50,929 bases of DNA from Octopus bimaculoides (GCF_001194135.2 NC_069003.1:3876251-3927179), one strand, 5' to 3'. Counted from the first letter of the stretch, positions 11,821 to 23,657 are shown. The notes: generated by a model from the letters alone, not told the origin. Program-made: numbers and translations.

Positions 11821-12234
11821 TTTACTCCCTTACTCTCTTACTTGTTTCAGTCATTTGACTACGGCCATGCTGCAACACCGCCTTCAGTCGAGCATATCGC
11901 ACCCAGAACTTAATATTTGTAAGCCTAGTACTGATTATATCGGTCTCTTTTATTGAACCGCTAAGTTACGGGGACGTAAACACACCAGCATCTGTTGTCA
12001 AGCGATGTTGGGCGGTGGGACAAGCACCATCAAACATATACACACACATACATATATATACATATATACGACGGGCTTCTTTCAGTTTCCGTCTACCAAA
12101 TCCACACGAAAGGATTTGGTCGGCCCGAGGCTATATCAGAAGACACTTGGCCAAGGTGTCACGCACACGGAGTATGACTGAACCCGGAATCATGTGATTG
12201 GTAAGCAAGCTGCTTACCACACAACCACACCTAC
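11821..12234 (-). mobile_element. SINE-A, full length (about 410 bp), with internal CA/TA microsatellite
   Basis: tRNA-like head with A/B-box-like motifs, CCTTGGCCAAGTGTCTTC box, internal ACATATACACACAC tract near 12030-12070, a 3' half, and a tail with CAGTC-AAAT-GACTG-type stem-loop and GAGTAA repeats. Confidence 0.95.
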
Positions 12235-13866
12235 ATGTTTGTATGTATACAGGTGGACAAACAGGCTGGAGAATACCAATGGTAGAGTGAAATACTGTTT
12301 TATTTTAGCTGAAAAACTTCACCAGCTGTTGTTACTTAGATCTCATCTAGCCGTTTATCAGACAACGAGACAGTGGTGAATCATGTGTGTGTACATAGAT
12401 TATATATATTTGTATAATGAGAGAGACAGATTTGTCTGAAATAAAAGATGAAGCAGTGTACCATTACAACAACATTATCCAATGATGCGATATTAGAAGC
12501 AACTACAATACTCAAAATTGACTTTTGTTTTTGCTTGTAACATCAATGGAGCTGAAACCTCAGACGAGCGACAGACGAGAATCAACAGCATAAGAAACTA
12601 TACACGCTCAACATTATGCGAATGCTACCGCCTCTCATCTGTTAAACAAAACACAAACACGAACATTCGTATGTATGTGCTGATAGTTGCGTACGTGTAT
12701 GGGGAGATGTTTTGGGGGTATATATGAACGTATTATTATGAATAATCTAAAATATGACACAATATATGAATAAATTCTATATACGTTTATATATATATTG
12801 ATATGGAAATTTACTAATTTATACATTCAGCGGTTAGTAGCGCTATGTGTTTTGTCGTACAATTTCAGCAAAAAATCTCCTCTTTTGAATTATTCATTTG
12901 CCTGAAATAAGCTACGAAATATATATATTTGTGTGTGTAAGTGGTGTGTATTTATGTATGTCTATGTATATATATATAAATTAATATGTATGCATATATT
13001 CATTTCATTTTTATTCTAGCTGAAAGCTAAATATGGTTACGAAATAAAGCTATTTTTCGTCTTACGCATCGTCATTGCTGTGAGAAAACGACGAAAATTC
13101 CCTAGGTGTAGAATTTCAGAACAACGACGATTTTGTCGTTTAAAAGGCGTTTAAGGTTAAATCATAAGAAGAAAGGGAATTTTTCTATTTTTGAGAATGA
13201 CGTTATTAGAGAAATCTTAATTTTTAAGAAATCAAATAACAGCATCTAACTTAATTTATATATTATTGGAAATATAAAATTGCTATATAATTAACATAAA
13301 TTAAATATATATATATATATTAATAATATATATTAGTAATATTCTTTATAATGAAATGTAGCTTATGGTGATGACGCTGACGTTATTAGCAGCGTTTAAA
13401 TTAGGAATTTTTTAATGGAGACAATATCTTCAAAGGAGGTGGTATGATATTTTGTATTTTTGATTATTGATTAAAATATGTAAATTGCTGGTATATTTAA
13501 AACGACGATATTTAAATATTTAAAGTAATGGTGGCATATAATTAAACATGAAATAACAATATCTAGGCTTCAGGTAATTTCAAGCAAGCAAACAAAAACA
13601 TCTATCACGACCAGTTTTTGTTTACACCACGAGATGTTTCACAGTTGCTTTTGTTTATGCGTCTGTTGACGAATAAACAAAGGTAAATTATGTAAATAAT
13701 TATGGAAATATAGTGTTGGAGAATATGTTAAGAAAATCCGATATTCCTACCAAATATCAGACACAGGGTCTTCGAGCGAGAATGCAGTAAGAAATACGTA
13801 ATAATATTTCATAAAATATCTAGACGAGATTAGGTGAGTTAGCCTCATTTTGGTGTTATTCGTAAT

Positions 13867-13940
13867 GATTTCAAAATCTGGCACAAACGCCTGAAATATA
13901 GTGGGAAAGTAACTCCAGTACTAAACGGGTATGTATTTTA
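13867..13940 (-). mobile_element. SINE-B 3' fragment (tail type 2), degenerate
   Basis: Reverse complement TTTCAGGCGTTTGTGCCAGATTTTGAAATC matches the type 2 tail. Confidence 0.6.
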
Positions 13941-14010
13941 TGGAAACCATGCTTACTAAAAGCAAAGTTTACGCCAGCCACCAAGAAATCCCACGGAGCA
14001 GTTCCAAAAG

Positions 14011-14228
14011 GGCGGCACACTGGCAGAAACTTTAGAACGCCGGTCGAAATGCTTAGCGGTATTTCGTCAGCCGTTACGTTCTGAGTTCAAATTCCGCCGA
14101 GGTCGACTTTGCCTATCATCATTACCGGCTCGATCAATTAAGTACCAGTTGTGTGCTGAGTTCGATCTAATCGACTGGCCCCCTCCTCACAAAATTTCAT
14201 GCCTTGTGCCTAGAGTAGAAAGGAAATA
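14011..14228 (+). mobile_element. SINE-B, full length, tail type 1
   Basis: GGCGGCACACTGGCAGAAAC...TTCTGAGTTCAAATTCCGCCGAGGTCGACTTTGCC...CCTTGTGCCTAGAGTAGAAAGG. Confidence 0.95.
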
Positions 14229-14348
14229 ATGGGACGTCTTTACGTGAGAGTTTGAGAAATAATGTTATAGCCGGAAAGAAGTTGGAAAGGAGAGAATGTG
14301 TAAGAAATTAATCATAAGATTAATATTGTTTTTTAAAATTATTTTTAT

Positions 14349-14460
14349 TCAGATTCCTCCGTGTCCGACTTTACCTTTCATCATATGGATAAATTAAGTA
14401 CCAGCGATACACTGGGGTGGATGTAATCGACTAGTCTCCTCACACTCAAATTTCAGGTTT
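14349..14460 (+). mobile_element. SINE-B internal fragment
   Basis: GACTTTACCTTTCATC...AAATTAAGTACCAG...ACTGGGGTGGATGTAATCGACTAG...AAATTTCAGG. Confidence 0.8.
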
Positions 14461-15974
14461 TCGTTAGTCAATTCTGTTTGGTTGTCGACTTCGATAATAT
14501 ATAATTGGTCGGTACGATTATGATACGACCCGTCTACACTGACATGTTTTTACGTGGATTTCCCCCTCCAGGTAAAGTAAAATTTCTGATCTCCATCCAC
14601 GTTATGGAGTTGGCTTCTCATAGATCAGATTCATTTGCGTATTCGTTTTGGCAGACAAGTTTTCAACCAACGGGACATTGAGCCTGCTAAATTTTCTCTC
14701 GGAATGTAATGATTCGAAAAGATACACCGCTGTGCGTTTTCCTGTTGATCGAATAAATACTCCAAAAAAAGATTGATCTCATATATAAAAAGATTACCGG
14801 CATACTTCGTTCAACTTTCGATAACTTTGATATTATCTATAGTGAGCAGGTCTATGATCAAAGTTGTTGCTTCCTGTTATCATTCTAGTCGCAGCTAGGA
14901 TGCATTATAGGAATATTAAATCTAACCTAGCATTTGAAAGTTGCATTCATGTACAGTATTAGATTTATATGTTTATGATGTCACCTAGATATAAATGGAA
15001 GTATGATAGAAGACAAATCACCTTTGATCATACGCGGCTCAACAACTAAAAAGGTTATTTAATAGAAATAACGTCAAAGTTATCTGCAGTTTCATAATTA
15101 ATATCGGGAATATTATATGCATTGCGGTTTCATGGTAAAATTGGTAACATAGCGATTGAAATAAAGAAATGACTAGAAATTATTTGGTTCCGTGTCATTA
15201 TTTTTTCAGTTCAAATATCTGCGTCTTATTTTAAAGAAAGTAGAACATTATTTAAGAGAAATTTGGTTACTATTACTTCAACAAATCATGTAAAATAAAC
15301 GTTTTCTCAGTCGTTGAATCAGTTTAAAACTTAATAGATAAAATTATAAAACTAACAGAAATTATTGCAGTTCAATATTTTTGTTTTTACTGGTCTTTAG
15401 ACTGAAGTAATTTGATTTCTTATTCTGGAGTTATTTCGTTGTTGTTTGTACTTGATCGCACATATTTTATTCTCGTCCTATCTACAAGAAATCCAGTCCA
15501 TATTAGCAAGTGTGTAATTTTATAAAATGTACGCGTATGGTTTCAAAGAGACTTGGCTGCTCATTCTGGCACTTCAAGCAATCAGGTACATATCACTGCC
15601 TCCTCCTCTATATACATATTCTCAATGAATGACATCCCTTATTCGTTTCGAAGTTGTTGTTTGGCTTCCGGCCAGCACTAGTTTCGAACAGACCTGCATT
15701 TAAACGTTTCCAACGACGACCATCCCAAGCAATAAATATAATTTAGATATTCTACACCAAGAACGACCCTGTCAAAGTGACTCTCTGCGGCACATCTCAG
15801 ACAGTATCACCTGATTCAAAGCCGCTTCGGCTGGTGTTTTTAGTAAAACATGTAATTCTATTATAGGGCCTCAAAATTTGATGGATTATCTGACATTCTT
15901 GTTTAGATTTTAAACTCTTGGCATCTCCTCGTCTAATTTTCTGATAACAAGATTTTGCTAAAGGTGATGTTGCT

Positions 15975-16112
15975 AGTACTTAATATAACGATCCCGAAAG
16001 GATTAAAAGCAAAGTCGACCTCCGCGGAATTTGAACTCAGAACATTAAGACAGAAGAAATGCCGCAAAACATTTCGCCCGGTATGCTAACGTTCCTGTCA
16101 GCTCGCCGCCTT
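15975..16112 (-). mobile_element. SINE-B 5' two-thirds
   Basis: Reverse complement begins AAGGCGGCGAGCTGACAGG and contains GAGTTCAAATTCCGCGGAGGTCGACTTTGC. Confidence 0.92.
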
Positions 16113-16130
16113 CAATGTGTAAATTGTGAA

Positions 16131-16442
16131 GGCGCGTGGCTTAGTGGTTAGGGTGTTCGGCTCACGATCGTATGGTCCCGAGTTCGATTCCAGGAGGCGC
16201 GTTGTATCCTTAGCAAGACATTTTATTTCACGGTGCTCCAGTACACTTAGCTGGCAAAAATGAGTAGAACCTGTATTTCAAGTGGTCAGGCTTGTCCCAT
16301 TCCGTGTCACGCTGATTCTCTCTGAGAAGTATGTGAAGAGGCACACATGTCTGTGGAGTGCTCAGCCACTTGCACGTTAATCTCACGAGCAAGCTTTTCT
16401 GTTGATCGCATTAGCTGTGACCCTTTTTCGGCGTAACCGACG
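16131..16442 (+). mobile_element. SINE-C (tRNA-derived), near full length
   Basis: GGCGCGTGGCTTAGTGGTTAGG (A box), GAGTTCGATTCC (B box), then TCCTTAGCAAGACATTTTATTTCAC...CAGCTGGCAAAAATGAGT core and a distinct 3' body. Confidence 0.9.
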
Positions 16443-17647
16443 AAGTGCACCTAATATATTGTGTAACTTGTGTAACTAGTGTCTCGTGAATTAAATATAA
16501 GATTCGTTGAACATGAATGTGTGCGATCGCATATGTTTGTGTGTGGTCGTATGCGTTTGCATGTGAGTGCGTGCTTATGTGTGTCTGTGCGTGTGATGTA
16601 TGTGTGTGTGTATGTGTGTGCATACCTATTAAAGTGTCTTAAAAAATCCCGATCGTGTGACGCGAAACGTTTGCGTTTATTTTAGTGTAAGTTGTCCCCG
16701 AAATTTTAAAACGGTCTGCGTCTAAGTATCAATGATTTCAGATATACTTAACTGCTTTTTCTAGCAGAAAGACTCAAGACGCCGGAAAGCGCTCATTTAA
16801 TTAACATCGAGGGAAATATGATTAATTCTATAGAAATCTATCGATCGCCTTCTCCATATATATATATATATATATATATATCAGTGTGTATAAATATATA
16901 TGCATTTGTACATACGTACATAAATATATATATATATATTTATATATATATATATATATATATAAATATACATAAATATGCATATATACAAGCATATATA
17001 TGTGCATGTGTACAAGCATATATATTTTCATACAAATGAACATGTGTATGTGAGTTTGGAGCGTGTGAATGTGTTTGTATGTGCATGTGAGTGCGTCTGT
17101 GTATACGTGTGAAAATGCGTGCGATGCAACCCCGTCAATATACGGTAGACTGAACTCAATTATATTTCAATTTCGATGTCGGCTGCACCTATTTTCACAC
17201 GTGAATGAGATTCAATCTACTCTACTAAGATTCAAACCTGCTGCTTTCTAATAATTAGCAGCTCTGTTGGAATGGATTTCTCTTATGCAATATTCCACTC
17301 CAGCTTCTATTAAGAATGGTAATAAAATTGATTCCTAAATGGACGACCACATTGCCTGTGATATTTTTCGTTCATTTTTATATTTCATGAGCTACACTTA
17401 AATTAACGCATATAAATATATATGTGTGTGTGTATGTCTATCTGTGTGTGTGTGTGTGAGACACAGAGAGAGAGAGATTACGATTGTTGTTGTTGTTATT
17501 GTAATTGCTGACGTGGTTACTGTTTAACTTTATGACATATGTGAAGAACTGGAATTTCTAGTCACCATTTGTGCGCAGAAATCATTAGTTGCAACAAAAT
17601 ATTTCAGTAGCAAAAATTGTCTATATTGAACATATTACAGAATGTGG

Positions 17648-17708
17648 CATGGCTTTGTGGCTAAGAAGCTACACATTGGAATTACAAGTTTTCCGGTTCA
17701 AACCCACA
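17648..17708 (+). mobile_element. Degenerate SINE-A head
   Basis: ATGGCTTTGTGGCTAAGAAGC...CCGGTTCAAACCCAC, running into (TG)n. Confidence 0.55.
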
Positions 17709-17715
17709 TATATAA

Positions 17716-17778
<63 letters not shown>

Positions 17779-18435
17779 CTGATCTGCAAAAGCGACGCAT
17801 TTGTTGACGCTTTAAAATGTTGAATGAAACATCTGTTCTAACGCATCGCGAACTGAGTTCAAATCTCACCAACGTCAGCTTTTTTTTTTTTTCATTCAAA
17901 GTAGACCTCACATATGGTTCCAGCAAGAGGGGAACTCTTGCTCATACCGCATATATATATCTTCATTGCAATTGGTTTTTGCTAAGAACTACGTTACCAT
18001 TGTAGAGATCCATTCCTTAATTAGACCAAACTTAATTTTTCTGTGCGTAGAAGGAATCTAGTGATCGTATATACATAAAAGGCATTCGTCTCTCGAAACT
18101 AACCACTCGAGAAAATTTTGTTCAAAGAAAATCATGTGACTATATAGAGGTTCATTTCGTTTCGGCGATGCCTATCCCTAGCGAAAGTGGTACGCAAATA
18201 TTTAGTCTCCGTGTAGCAGGAACCTTTGAAATAGCAGTATATTAGATAAAGTCTCCCGAGGCAGACTTAAAATTGCTGTCCTCACCATTACTCTTTTGTT
18301 CATTTAAGGGAAATGTCACTGCCGAAGTCTTATACCTGTGTCGAGGAGAGCCTTGCTGTCAGATTAAAAATAATCGGAACAAATACGGGAAGACATCCTG
18401 CTAAATTATCGAAGATATCTTAGGATGCGTTTCTC

Positions 18436-18500
18436 TTTTATCGACGCTGAAATGAAGAAATGTAAAGTTGACTTCGTCGAGATTTGAAATCATTTCGCTG
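18436..18500 (-). mobile_element. Degenerate SINE-B fragment
   Basis: TTTATCGAC..GAAATGAAG..AAAGTTGACTTCGTCGAGATTTGAA resembles the reverse complement of the SINE-B core. Confidence 0.55.
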
Positions 18501-19157
18501 ATATCGAGAAACATTTCAGTTACCGCAGGAGCGAATCAATTAATGTACCCCATTTGTGGAGCAGTTTACTTTGATTATGAATGTGAGGTCAATAGGAAAT
18601 ATCGTCAAATAAAGTAACCTATTGCAACCTCTGGCATACATAGCACCGTTGAAGGAGACAGCTGTTTCTTCGGTGTATGTTCAGACTGGATATTTACGTT
18701 TTTTGACAAACAAGATTCGTTAAACCGAGTGAAAACGATATTCCTTGTCTGAGTTTGTGGAGAGATTCCAAAGTTTGTCGTGATTAGTTTCGAGTTGCAG
18801 CTGGACGATGTCTCTACACAGAAGTTGAAAGAAGAATAGTGGGAAAAGAAGTACCATGCTTATATGACTTGGAACTCTTTTAAAGAAACGACAAGAATTT
18901 CCTCAGTAATGCGTCGCAGAAAAATTCTGAAAAAATATAATTGAACCTCGAGGCGACAAACCAAAATGTGCGTGCTCTGCTGGTGCAGACTATTAGGAAG
19001 TGTCTGAAGTAACATCTGATTAAAATGATCAAACCAATAGGCAGCTGCTTTATCCAGGATATATAAGTACCTCATAAATACAAATTCTCAAGGGTGACAA
19101 AGAGAGGACGCCGATAGCTGAATATCTAAAATATCTGAAAAGTCTCTATGGCAAGTC

Positions 19158-19234
<77 letters not shown>

Positions 19235-19791
19235 CGAGGGTGAGTCAAAAAGTGATTGCCATTTCGTTTAGGACAGGTATAATTACCAACACAGGAACAT
19301 GTATCATACATCAAAATGAAGCTGGTCCTCTGTGGATCACATCCCTACTCCTCAACATGGTTACCGTTTCTCTCAGCTGCAATATTCCACCTTCGAATGA
19401 GAGCATGTATCCCTGCCCCATAAAATTCTATTGACTGTTCTTTGAACCACTTCTTCACTAACTTCACACGCACCAGATTTAGCGCCTTCAGACTATCATC
19501 TCTTTGGCACCACGAAAGAGGGTTTGAGAGGCAAATATTATTCTAGTGATGAGGAAGTGAAAACTGTAGTGAAGAAGTGGCTCAAAGGACAGACAACAGA
19601 ATTTTGCGGGGCAGGGATACATGCTCTCATTCGAAAGTGGAACATTGCTCTTGAGAGAAACGGTGACTGTGTTGAGAAGTAGTGATGTGATCCACAGAGG
19701 AGCAGCTTCATTTTGATGTGTGATACATGTTCCTGTGTTGGTAATTATACCTGTCCTAAACAAAATGGCATTACTTTTTGACTCACCCTCG
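19235..19791. mobile_element. Fold-back (palindromic) non-autonomous mariner derivative, 557 bp, TA TSD
   Basis: TA|CGAGGGTGAGTCAAAAAGT...ACTTTTTGACTCACCCTCG|TA. Arms 19235-19460 and 19567-19791 are reverse complements. + strand 19473-19682 encodes PDLAPSDYHLFGTTKEGLRGKYYSSDEEVKTVVKKWLKGQTTEFCGAGIHALIRKWNIALERNGDCVEK*, a mariner C-terminus. Confidence 0.96.
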
Positions 19792-19797
19792 TATATA

Positions 19798-19861
<64 letters not shown>

Positions 19862-21448
19862 GTAAAGAGCAGTTTGCAATGTTTCACCAAAAAGGAGAAT
19901 TATAATTGTCACTAAATGTGACTTGGGATTTAGAAAACCCATATATTGCTAGAAATAAGACCTAAACCGCTTTAATGTTGTAGTTAATGCTGCTTCTCCT
20001 CTCCTTCTTACATCATCATCATCATCTCATTTTCATCATCATCATCATCATCTTCTCTTTCTTCTCCTCCTCCTCCATCTTCTTCTCCTTCGTATTCTAC
20101 TTCTTCCTCTCCTTCTCCTCCATCTTCTCGTCGTCGCAATTTGTGGGTCACAGCTGCAATATAAACGCTCAGCTTTCTCCTCACACGCCAGGCTGAACCG
20201 GCCTAAGAATTTCGTTTTAGGAGCATCACTGCCCATAGAATACACATCTATTTAACCTTTCATTCATTTCATAGCAAAACTAAATAACCATCGTCGAGAC
20301 CGACAGAGAATTCGCGGGTGGTTTGTTATTATCAAATTTTCTACACTTAATAGCTATATTCTATATCTAATTTCCCATACCTTTATAAAATATGCAACTT
20401 CCATAACAACATAACATAAATTTCCCTTTGATGTGATGTGCTGTGATGTTTTAGATGTGCCATGGTGTCGCGAGGCTTGACCTGTCCTGTCTTGTTCTGG
20501 TCTGTTATATAACATGAAAAAAAATACTTTCAAATATCTAAATCGTGACTCTAAGATTTAATATGTATGTTAGATTCAACAGAATCTTTTGATCAATCTA
20601 AGATTATTGAACATAATCTACTAAGAAAATAAATAAATAATAATTATTTAATTAAAAAGAAAAATCTTAGAAATTAGGAATTCTGTGTTGAAATACTTAA
20701 GTTAATGGCGCTTGTTGTGATTAGAAATTATTAAAAGTAAGCGAGAGGGAAAATCTTTATAAGTTGCTCGATTGCTTTCAATTGGTGATTATATCGCTTT
20801 CAATTTAACCCCGCCCATACAAAACTCTAAAAAATATGTAATTAATTCAATAAAATTTAATTAAAACACTCATTGTAATTAATTAATTAATTTCATTAAG
20901 GAAATATTTATTAATCGATTTATTGAAACGAATTCATCGAATACAGCCACAGCCACGTTATTCCCACATATGCATGCACAAGCATAGCCACGCACACAGA
21001 CATACACACACAAACGCACATATATATGCCCGTACATATGCACACACACCTACACAAACATACATACATGCACACGCACACGCTCACACACACAGAGCTA
21101 CTAACCACTTCACGTTTCCAGTATTCACTATACACGGTGAAATGATAACTTATCGTGTTTATATATATATATATNNNNNNNNNNNNNNNNNNNNNNNNNN
21201 NNNNNNNNNNNNNNNNNNNNNNNNNNNNNNNNNNNNNNNNNNNNNNNNNNNNNNNNNNNNNNNNNNNNNNNNNNNNNNNNNNNNNNNNNNNNNNNNNNNN
21301 NNNNNNNNNNNNNNNNNNNNNNNNNNNNNNNNNNNNNNNNNNNNNNNNNNNNNNNNNNNNNNNNNNNNNNNNNNNNNNNNNNNNNNNNNNNNNNNNNNNN
21401 NNNNNNNNNNNNNNNNNNNNNNNNNNNNNNNNNNNNNNNNNNNNNNNN

Positions 21449-21500
<52 letters not shown>

Positions 21501-21603
21501 TGTGTGTGTGTGTATGCTTGTGTGTGTGTGTGTGTGTTTGTGTACATTTAAATGCGTCAACAAACATAGACATGTAAATAATTTTAGTATTGCTATTAAA
21601 ATT

Positions 21604-21695
21604 AAGGCAATGAGATCGCAGAATGGTTAGCGTGCCTGAGGAAATGCTTAGTGGCATTTCGTCTGTCCTCGTGCTCTGAGTTCAAATTCCGACGA
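21604..21695 (+). mobile_element. SINE-B head only
   Basis: AAGGCAATGAGATCGCAGAATGGTTAG...GAAATGCTTAGTGGCATTTCG...CTGAGTTCAAATTCCGACGA, then a break. Confidence 0.85.
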
Positions 21696-21702
21696 TGAAG
21701 AA

Positions 21703-22745
21703 CTTGATGATTCTTGCAAGACATAAATCTTGGATGGGATTTTCATTTGCCTTAAGAAGTCTTGAAGCTTCAATGAGATTGAGCCCAACGCTCCAATTAC
21801 CACTGGCATCACCTTTACATTTCCCTCTCGCATTCCATACGGTCTTGCCATTCGGCAATTCGGAGTACTTGGTGATTTTTTCAAACCCTTTTACACACAA
21901 CACTCATGTCATTTGGTATGGCTACATCAATGATCTGACAGTATTTGTCTCTCTTATTCGCTATGACAATATCCGGCCAACGGTGTTCCATTACACGATC
22001 CGTCTGAAAATCATAGTCCCAAAGTATCGTTACGTTTCCATCCTCCTGCATAACTTTATTTGGTACATGCTCATACCAGTTCCCTGTTACTTCATATTGA
22101 TATTTACGGCATTATTATTATTATTATTATTATTATTACGTTAAATTCACTTGAATTACCCCAGTGTTATATGCGTGTATATTCGACATTGTTACAAATT
22201 ACGACGATCTAAATCCATTTCAAAAGGTGTTCTTTATTATTCCGCGTACACCAAACTTACACAATATCATTCGCTGTACACATTCTTCTCAACTGATACC
22301 CCCTATCGCCCTTTTATCTTGCTCTCCTTTATTAAGATTATATAAATCCTATTCAAATTCCTTTTGCGTTGTAATGCTTCGCATGTGGTTAGGGGTTCTC
22401 AGATTTTCGTATATTTCCTAATCTCCTCTCCTTTGTTCTGTTTCATTCCAACTTTCTTTCACAATAGCGAATAAATAAATAAATATGTAAATAAATAGTG
22501 TGATACGGATCATTATCTAATAGCCAGAATCTTACTTTTTACCATTTATCACAGACTTCAGAACCAATTGTATGAAACCTTCTGAGAAATTCCTTTTTAA
22601 ACGATTTTCACTCAGTTTCTTTAATCGTTTATACATCTTTAATACCGCTGCCCATTCTGCCGCTTGTATCCGCTCGGTTTAGAATTTCATTATCCGGTAA
22701 TTCAATGCTCTTATTTCACAATATCGTTCCATCTTTGCATCATTA
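21703..22745 (-). mobile_element. Degenerate R4/Dong-type non-LTR retrotransposon with restriction-like endonuclease (RLE)
   Basis: 21703-22100 encodes WYEHVPNKVMQEDGNVTILWDYDFQTDRVMEHRWPDIVIANKRDKYCQIIDVAIPND..EKITKYSEL..VKVMPVVIGALGSIS..LQES, a PD-(D/E)xK RLE domain. Collinear upstream pieces: LTTCEALQRKRNLNRIYI (22338-22391, like LTMHxxLHPKSDVDRLY), KKEFLRR/LVLKSVINGK (about 22535-22598) and SIELPDNEI (22682-22708). Confidence 0.88.
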
Positions 22746-22913
22746 AATGCTAAGCTCCTATTTTTAAATCCCCCAAACAGACATACAAACATGCATGCAT
22801 GCATATATATACATACATGTACGCAAACACACACACACGGAGATATATATGTATATATACACACACACACATATGCATCTAGAGTCATATATATATATAG
22901 ATAGATATAGATT

Positions 22914-23035
<122 letters not shown>

Positions 23036-23389
23036 TATATAGTATAGATACATACATACATATATATATTATATATATATATATACGTGTATATATATGT
23101 GTGTGTGTGTGTGTGCTTGTGCGTGCGTGTATGTATCATGAATGCAATCATGCGATCACTCGAAAGCGATATACATTTTGTACTTAAAAATCTATTTGTC
23201 TTCATTTCTTTCGAATAGTTTCATTTCTATGGCCCTTATAGATAAATGATATAATTCAATGCTGGTTTCAGATAATAATATAACCATCTATCTCCAACCA
23301 CTATTAGCCGTAATTATGGGAATGTCCTTAAACTTAAGAATGGGACTTGATTCCCGATGTTAAATACATACTGTACACAAACAAACTCA

Positions 23390-23420
<31 letters not shown>

Positions 23421-23657
23421 GTATATATAAATAAATAAATGAAATTTACAGAAAAAAACAAAAGACAAAGATAGGTGTATAAACAACAAACAAGTATATT
23501 AGTTTAACGTCATGGTCAACTGTTTATATTTAGCTTAAAATGTTATAACTTTATAAACTAAAATATCTACATAAACACAAATTCATTGTATGTTCATGCT
23601 CAGGTGCGGCTGATATTTTCCAATAAATTTATGTTTTTACAAACATACACACACACA

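Noticed and set aside
16131-16203. Functional tRNA gene at the SINE-C head (and at SINE-A/B heads)
   Set aside because: Acceptor and anticodon stems do not pair properly, and each head continues into a multi-copy SINE body.
18640-19140. Coding-looking GC-richer stretch with faint RTE-like words (WCRLLG, KRGRR)
   Set aside because: Many stops in all frames and too few collinear motifs to call.
21695-22144. 149-aa + strand ORF
   Set aside because: Antisense shadow of the R4/Dong RLE domain, ending in (TTA)n.
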